Source: an uncultured bacterium
GTDB taxonomy: Bacteria > Verrucomicrobiota > Verrucomicrobiia > Limisphaerales > UBA8199
Assembly: GCA_963749495.1 (NCBI GenBank)
Contig: CAVVMW010000014.1
Coordinates: 256,001-320,000, forward strand
Direction: 5' to 3'
Length of the DNA: 64,000 bases
Shown here: positions 59,323-64,000 of the stretch, one piece after another
Position numbering within the stretch: position 1 is the stretch's first letter
Layout: each line of letters starts with the position of its first letter
Position numbers and translations under genes: made by a program
Notes under the pieces: model-generated
Database searches by the model: none
The model's input: only the letters and a program-made list of their open reading frames with translations
What the model was told of the DNA's origin: nothing

Positions 59323-62007
59323 ATGAGAGGCGCACTTTCGGAGACGGCCGGCGCCGTTCTGGACTGGTATTGGCGGCATGGAGTCCAGAGGAACGGTGAG
59401 TATGATTTGAGCGGCGCCTGGCTCGACCAACTCTACCAGGTTCGCGACGCGGCCCTGGCAGTGGAAGAGGCCTCGGCCCTGGGGCGGCCGTGCATGGCTT
59501 TGTGGGGGCCTTCCCAAAGCGGCAAGTCCACGCTGCTCTCCCGCTACCTGGATGCCCCGGCACACCCCGATGCCGGCTCGGCCCTCCAATGGTCGGCCGA
59601 TGACCCGGTCGCCTTTGTCGGCCGCCCGGACAAGGCCGGGTGCGTCCACCTCAATCCCTACAACCAGCAGCGCGACGCCTCCGGCTGCCTCACGCGCTTC
59701 AAGCTGTGCCAGGACCTGCCCGATACCCGCCACCCGGTGGAACTGAAGCTCGCCTCGGACGAGCAACTGCTCCATGCCCTGGCCGCCGGCTATCTCATGG
59801 AGTGTGACACCACCTCGGCCGAGGCGCGCGAGACCTTTCACGAGGCGAGCACGCTCGACCATCACCTGGCCGAGCTCAAGGCCCGCTCCCACGCCCAGGG
59901 CCAGGCCAACCGCCCCGCCCGCGAAGGCCTCCAGACCCTGCTCAATGTCGTGGACGACCTTATCGCCGCCGACTGGCCGCGATACCGAAACCTCCGGCCC
60001 GATTGGAGGAGCCTGCGCCCGCGCCTGGCCTCGGACCCGCTCCTGCGCAGGGACGCCGCCGCGCTGGCCGGCTTTGCCGCGTGGCTGTTCTGGGACAACC
60101 AGGCAGAACTCACAGCCCTGTGGCAGCGCCTGCTGGCCCAGCGCGCCCGGATTCTGGGCCTGGCCGCCGGGCGCCCGATCCTCTGCTCCTACGAGGCGGC
60201 GCGGCTCTTCCTGGACATCGATGCCTATCGCAAGCTCGAGAGCGAGCCGGCTCCGGCGTCTCCAGACTCCTCCCCCGCCGTTCAGGCATCACGGCCCGGC
60301 CAGCACGCCCTCGGTTGGCTGCTGGCCGGGCACGCCTTGTGCCTCGGTGCGGGCCTGCCCAACCCGGCGTGGGCCGATACCCAGGAGTTCGGTCTCTGGC
60401 AAGGGCTGGTCTGGGAAATGACATTGCCGGTCAACGCCGTCTTGCTGCCCGAACATTCGCCGGCCGCCCGGTTGCTGCGCGCAGCGGACCTGCTGGACTT
60501 CCCCGGTGTCGCCCTGACCTATCCGGGCGGCGTCCGCAAACGCCCGGACCAGATGTCGGCGGCGCAATTGCTGACCGATGTCCTGAAGCGCGGCAAGACG
60601 GCCAGCATCGTTGTAAGCCGCTCGCGCCGGCTGGGCATCGACGGCTTCTCGATTCTGAACCGCATCCAGGCGCCGCCTGCGCAGCCGACGCAACTGCTGG
60701 CGGGCGTGCAGGCCTGGGTGCGGGCCTTGGGCCAGCCCTGGCCGCCGCCGCCCGGCACGCTCCCGATCAACCTCGTCCTTACCTTCGCCGCGCGCCTGGT
60801 CAACGGGGTCGTGGACAGCCTTCACCTCCAGCGCCCCTCGGCCGATTTCTCGCCCGTCTTCGGGTTTCTCAACAAACTGGGCGACCTGGCCAATCCACAG
60901 TGGGTCCAGTTCTTCACCACAACCTACCCGCGCTTCGACGAGGGCTGCATCCGCGGGAGCAGCGCCCAGCTCGACAAGGCCATGCGCTTGATCGCCTCCA
61001 GCGAGGACTTCCGCCGCCATCTGGGCAGTTGCACCGAATCGCTCCTGGCCATGATCCGGGGCGGGACCGCGGACGGCGACGGTGGCAACGACTATTTCCT
61101 GGATGCCCTGGCCGGCCAGGCGCAACGCTCGGAGGTGCCGGCCTTGCTCGCCCGCCGAGCCCGGGAATTGCAGCAGCAATTCGCCGCCCTGCTGGGCGAG
61201 GCGCTGCCGCCCGAGGCCGCGGGCGAGAGCCGCCGCAGCCTTGAGCTGGAGGCCTGGGCGCGCGCCATCGAGGAGGCCATCGACCGCTTCCGCCGGCAGC
61301 ACCCGCAATCCGACGGAGCAGCCGAGGTCAGCCGGCGCCTGCGCGCATTGCTCAACGTGGAGCCGGAGTCGCTCGAACCGCTCCCGCTCGCCGGCCAAAC
61401 CCCCGATTGGCGCCGCTACCTGGAACGTCAGCTCCTGCGCTGGCGCGATTTGGCCAAGGGCCGCGACGGCGATTGGAGCGACCTGGGCCTGCGCGATGCC
61501 GCCGCCACGAGCCGGCACCTGGGCTACCTGGCCGAACACACACTCCTGCGCGGCAACCTCCACCGCTGGCTTCGAGAGAACCTCGGCCAGGTCAACGACC
61601 CTTTGGAGGCCACTCAGGCCCGCCACTTCCTGGCCGTGCGCCTGGGCGAGGTGATTTGCTTCGGCGTCAATGGCCGGCCCCCGCATCGGGGATTCGAGTT
61701 GATTGGGAGCGCGGACATGCTTGCGCGCCCCTCCTCCGAAGGCGCACACGACAACGCCGCCGGCCTCGAAGACAACGTCGCGGCGGGCACAATCCAACCT
61801 CGGCTGCGCGCCTATGCCGAGCGCGAGCAGTCCGACCCGGAGGAACGGAATGACCGGCAGTCCCCGCACTACCTGGGCTTCCTGGCGCTGTTTTTGCAGC
61901 ACCTCAACACCGTCAAGGCCGCGCCCGCCACCGCCCGCCAGCACCAGCCCGGAGACAACGAGCTGGCGCAGCTCGCCGCCGACCTCACCCCGGGAGATGC
62001 CTCATGA
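59323..62007 (+). CDS. srfC: SrfC-like P-loop NTPase
   Basis: ALWGPSQSGKSTLLS, ASGCLTRF, DLLDFPG and LKRGK motifs, matching the SrfC family as I recall it. ATG 59323 preferred. Confidence 0.75.
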   Translation: MRGALSETAGAVLDWYWRHGVQRNGEYDLSGAWLDQLYQVRDAALAVEEASALGRPCMALWGPSQSGKSTLLSRYLDAPAHPDAGSALQWSADDPVAFVGRPDKAGCVHLNPYNQQRDASGCLTRFKLCQDLPDTRHPVELKLASDEQLLHALAAGYLMECDTTSAEARETFHEASTLDHHLAELKARSHAQGQANRPAREGLQTLLNVVDDLIAADWPRYRNLRPDWRSLRPRLASDPLLRRDAAALAGFAAWLFWDNQAELTALWQRLLAQRARILGLAAGRPILCSYEAARLFLDIDAYRKLESEPAPASPDSSPAVQASRPGQHALGWLLAGHALCLGAGLPNPAWADTQEFGLWQGLVWEMTLPVNAVLLPEHSPAARLLRAADLLDFPGVALTYPGGVRKRPDQMSAAQLLTDVLKRGKTASIVVSRSRRLGIDGFSILNRIQAPPAQPTQLLAGVQAWVRALGQPWPPPPGTLPINLVLTFAARLVNGVVDSLHLQRPSADFSPVFGFLNKLGDLANPQWVQFFTTTYPRFDEGCIRGSSAQLDKAMRLIASSEDFRRHLGSCTESLLAMIRGGTADGDGGNDYFLDALAGQAQRSEVPALLARRARELQQQFAALLGEALPPEAAGESRRSLELEAWARAIEEAIDRFRRQHPQSDGAAEVSRRLRALLNVEPESLEPLPLAGQTPDWRRYLERQLLRWRDLAKGRDGDWSDLGLRDAAATSRHLGYLAEHTLLRGNLHRWLRENLGQVNDPLEATQARHFLAVRLGEVICFGVNGRPPHRGFELIGSADMLARPSSEGAHDNAAGLEDNVAAGTIQPRLRAYAEREQSDPEERNDRQSPHYLGFLALFLQHLNTVKAAPATARQHQPGDNELAQLAADLTPGDAS

Positions 62008-62244
62008 GGAGAGCCACCCCAGCTTCGGCGAACCGGAGCCAAGGCCGCCAGGTTTTGGAGTGCGGCAGTCCTCTGCCGCTTTTTGGACCCTGGGGACGCG
62101 AAAGCGGCAGAGGACTGCCGCACTCCAAAACGCTTCGCGGCCTTCGCTGCTCCCCCCCATTTCGTCATTCGTCATTCGTCATTCGTCATTCGTCATTGGT
62201 TCCTTGCCCCTCGCCCCTCCACACACCTGAACGCCGGCACCGCT

Positions 62245-64000
62245 ATGGACTCCCCTGACTCCACCCCCCCGACCGACTGGTCCTCAGGCGATGCCCGGCC
62301 CGTGCCCGAGCCGGCGCCCGCCGGCGCCCAAGGCCCGGTCCCGCCGGCCATCATCGACCTGTTTGCGGATACCGGCCACCATTTCGCCTTCGTGCGCTTC
62401 TCGGACAGCCAACTGCGGGAAAACCCGGAACTGGAGAAGCTCTGCCGCAACAGCGATTTCCCCTGGTGCGAGGCGCGGGACACCTCCGGGACCCCCCTGC
62501 GCTGGTTGCGCTACCAGTTCGCCCAGCGGGAGGCCGAGGGCCTGCCCACCGAAGAGAGCGGCGTGCTCCTGGCCATCGAGACCAACCTCGGCACCGCCCG
62601 GCGCGGCTGGGCCCTGCAACCGGAAGAACCAGTAGGCCCGGCCGAGGCCTCGAAATACACACCGGCAGACAAGGTCGCTACACCTTACGTCTTCCCGCAC
62701 GCAACGCGCCAACCGGCGGGCGGCGTGCAGCGGCTCACCGTCTATCTGCCCGTCATCTCCACCCCGCCGCGCGATTCCTCCGCCCTGGCCCGCTCCGTGA
62801 GTCTGGAACTGGAAATCCACTGGCTGGAACCGGTGGGCAAGACAGTCGATGTGGACCTGGTCGTGGATTTTGGAAACACGCGCTCGGTTGCTCTGCTGCT
62901 GGCGCGCAGCCAGTCGGCCCGCGGGACCTTGTCCGAAATCACCCAGCCCGTGCGCTTCGGCTATCACAAGGAGGAGCCGCAGCCGGCCCCCAAAGACCAC
63001 GACGACCCGTTCAGCTTGATCGATTCCTGGCTGGTCCTCCAGGAGACGACCTTCGCCAATCTCGAACCCCTGGACCACAAGCTGCCCGCGCACCTGCCGC
63101 AGCCGGTCGAGGACTTGCGCTGGGAGGAATGCTCGACCGGCGTGTGGCCACTCAAGAAGAAGGCCGAGCGCGTCGTCGCCCGCGCGTTGCGCCAGCCGCA
63201 TCTCTTCGTGGAAATGGCCCCCGCGGTGCTGGGTCCGCCCGCTGCCGACATCCTGGCCAACCTCGAGCCAAGCGCCGGCGGCAATTACTTTCTCAGCTCC
63301 CCCAAGCGTTATCTCTGGGACCAGACGCCGGTGGGCGACCTGGGGCACGCCGGCCTGACGTTCTGGACCATGAACGTGCAGCGCTGGCACCCCAACTCGA
63401 AAAATGTCCAAGCGGGCAAGGCCCTCGAAAAACTCTCCGGCACGGTCCTGCGTTTTCTGGACCAGAACGGCGCCGATTGGGACCTGGGGGAGGATGCCTC
63501 GGGCTGCCCGCCGCCCGAGAGGCTCGACGCGGCCGCGCGCCCGCCTTCCCGGCCGCACGAGCCGGCCTATCCCCGGGCCGACGCCCTCACTTGGGCCGCC
63601 CTGGCCGTGCTGGAAGCCGCCTGCCGCCAACTCCAGTCCGCCGCCGGCCGCGCCGGCCAGCCCTTTGTCCGCGCCCGCCTCGCCTCGGTGATGGTCACCT
63701 TCCCACCCGGCTGGACCGCCCAGGAACTGGAGGCCTACCGCCGCAAGTGGCAAAAGGCCCTGGACATCTTCACCCTCACCCGCTTCCCCGACCGGCGCCT
63801 GGTCACCGCCGGGGGCGACCGCCCCACGCTGAGCATGGAACTGGACGAGGCTGTCGCCTCCCAACTCCCCTTGATCTTCGACGAAATCCGGCGCCTGGGC
63901 CAAGGGGGTGAGAACTGGCTGGAGCTGGTCGGACGCGGCCACGGCCCCGGCGCCCGCGCGCGCGTCTTGAATCTGGACATCGGCGGCGGCACCACCGACC
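62245..64000 (+). CDS. srfB: SrfB-like actin/Hsp70-fold protein (runs off window)
   Basis: My translation from ATG 62245 (not in the ORF track): VDVDLVVDFGNTRS, LSSPKRYLWD, TFPPGW, LDEAVASQL and LDIGGGTTD motifs. Confidence 0.85.
   Translation, partial: MDSPDSTPPTDWSSGDARPVPEPAPAGAQGPVPPAIIDLFADTGHHFAFVRFSDSQLRENPELEKLCRNSDFPWCEARDTSGTPLRWLRYQFAQREAEGLPTEESGVLLAIETNLGTARRGWALQPEEPVGPAEASKYTPADKVATPYVFPHATRQPAGGVQRLTVYLPVISTPPRDSSALARSVSLELEIHWLEPVGKTVDVDLVVDFGNTRSVALLLARSQSARGTLSEITQPVRFGYHKEEPQPAPKDHDDPFSLIDSWLVLQETTFANLEPLDHKLPAHLPQPVEDLRWEECSTGVWPLKKKAERVVARALRQPHLFVEMAPAVLGPPAADILANLEPSAGGNYFLSSPKRYLWDQTPVGDLGHAGLTFWTMNVQRWHPNSKNVQAGKALEKLSGTVLRFLDQNGADWDLGEDASGCPPPERLDAAARPPSRPHEPAYPRADALTWAALAVLEAACRQLQSAAGRAGQPFVRARLASVMVTFPPGWTAQELEAYRRKWQKALDIFTLTRFPDRRLVTAGGDRPTLSMELDEAVASQLPLIFDEIRRLGQGGENWLELVGRGHGPGARARVLNLDIGGGTTD

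Overview
GC-rich bacterial chromosomal segment, probably from the PVC superphylum (Verrucomicrobia-like). This is inferred from a prepilin/H-X9-DG gene, HEAT-ThuA and Tat-Gfo/Idh/MocA genes, and heptamer repeat families. No rRNA, tRNA or CRISPR array was seen. Layout: (1) 0.4-13.5 kb is a tightly coupled minus-strand defence operon: SNF2 helicase-DUF3883 nuclease, TcmP-like methyltransferase-fold protein, radical SAM enzyme, a collapsed endonuclease-like remnant, DUF1156 adenine methylase, DUF3800 (RNase H-like) protein, an unknown 175-aa protein and a DUF499 ATPase. A candidate ~100-nt structured small RNA with its own consensus promoter converges on the DUF3800/175-aa pair; this module is the best candidate for an undescribed system. 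(2) 14-45 kb holds signalling and catabolic genes (Ser/Thr kinase-propeller, AAA_35-FHA, Ntn hydrolase, Mo-oxidoreductase, GH78 rhamnosidase, prepilin-like protein, lactate permease, MFS, enolase-family enzyme), interspersed with REP-like palindromes, heptamer arrays and toxin-antitoxin (TA) loci. (3) 45.5-59 kb is an IS and TA hotspot: REP-associated tyrosine transposase (RAYT) remnants, intact IS66 and IS630, a DUF4338-ISAs1 element, IS21 and ISL3 remnants, vapBC, hicBA and Uma2. (4) 59.3-64 kb is an srfC-srfB-like pair. Five otherwise intact genes carry single-base indels, most likely assembly errors. All family assignments come from motif recognition by eye, not database searches.
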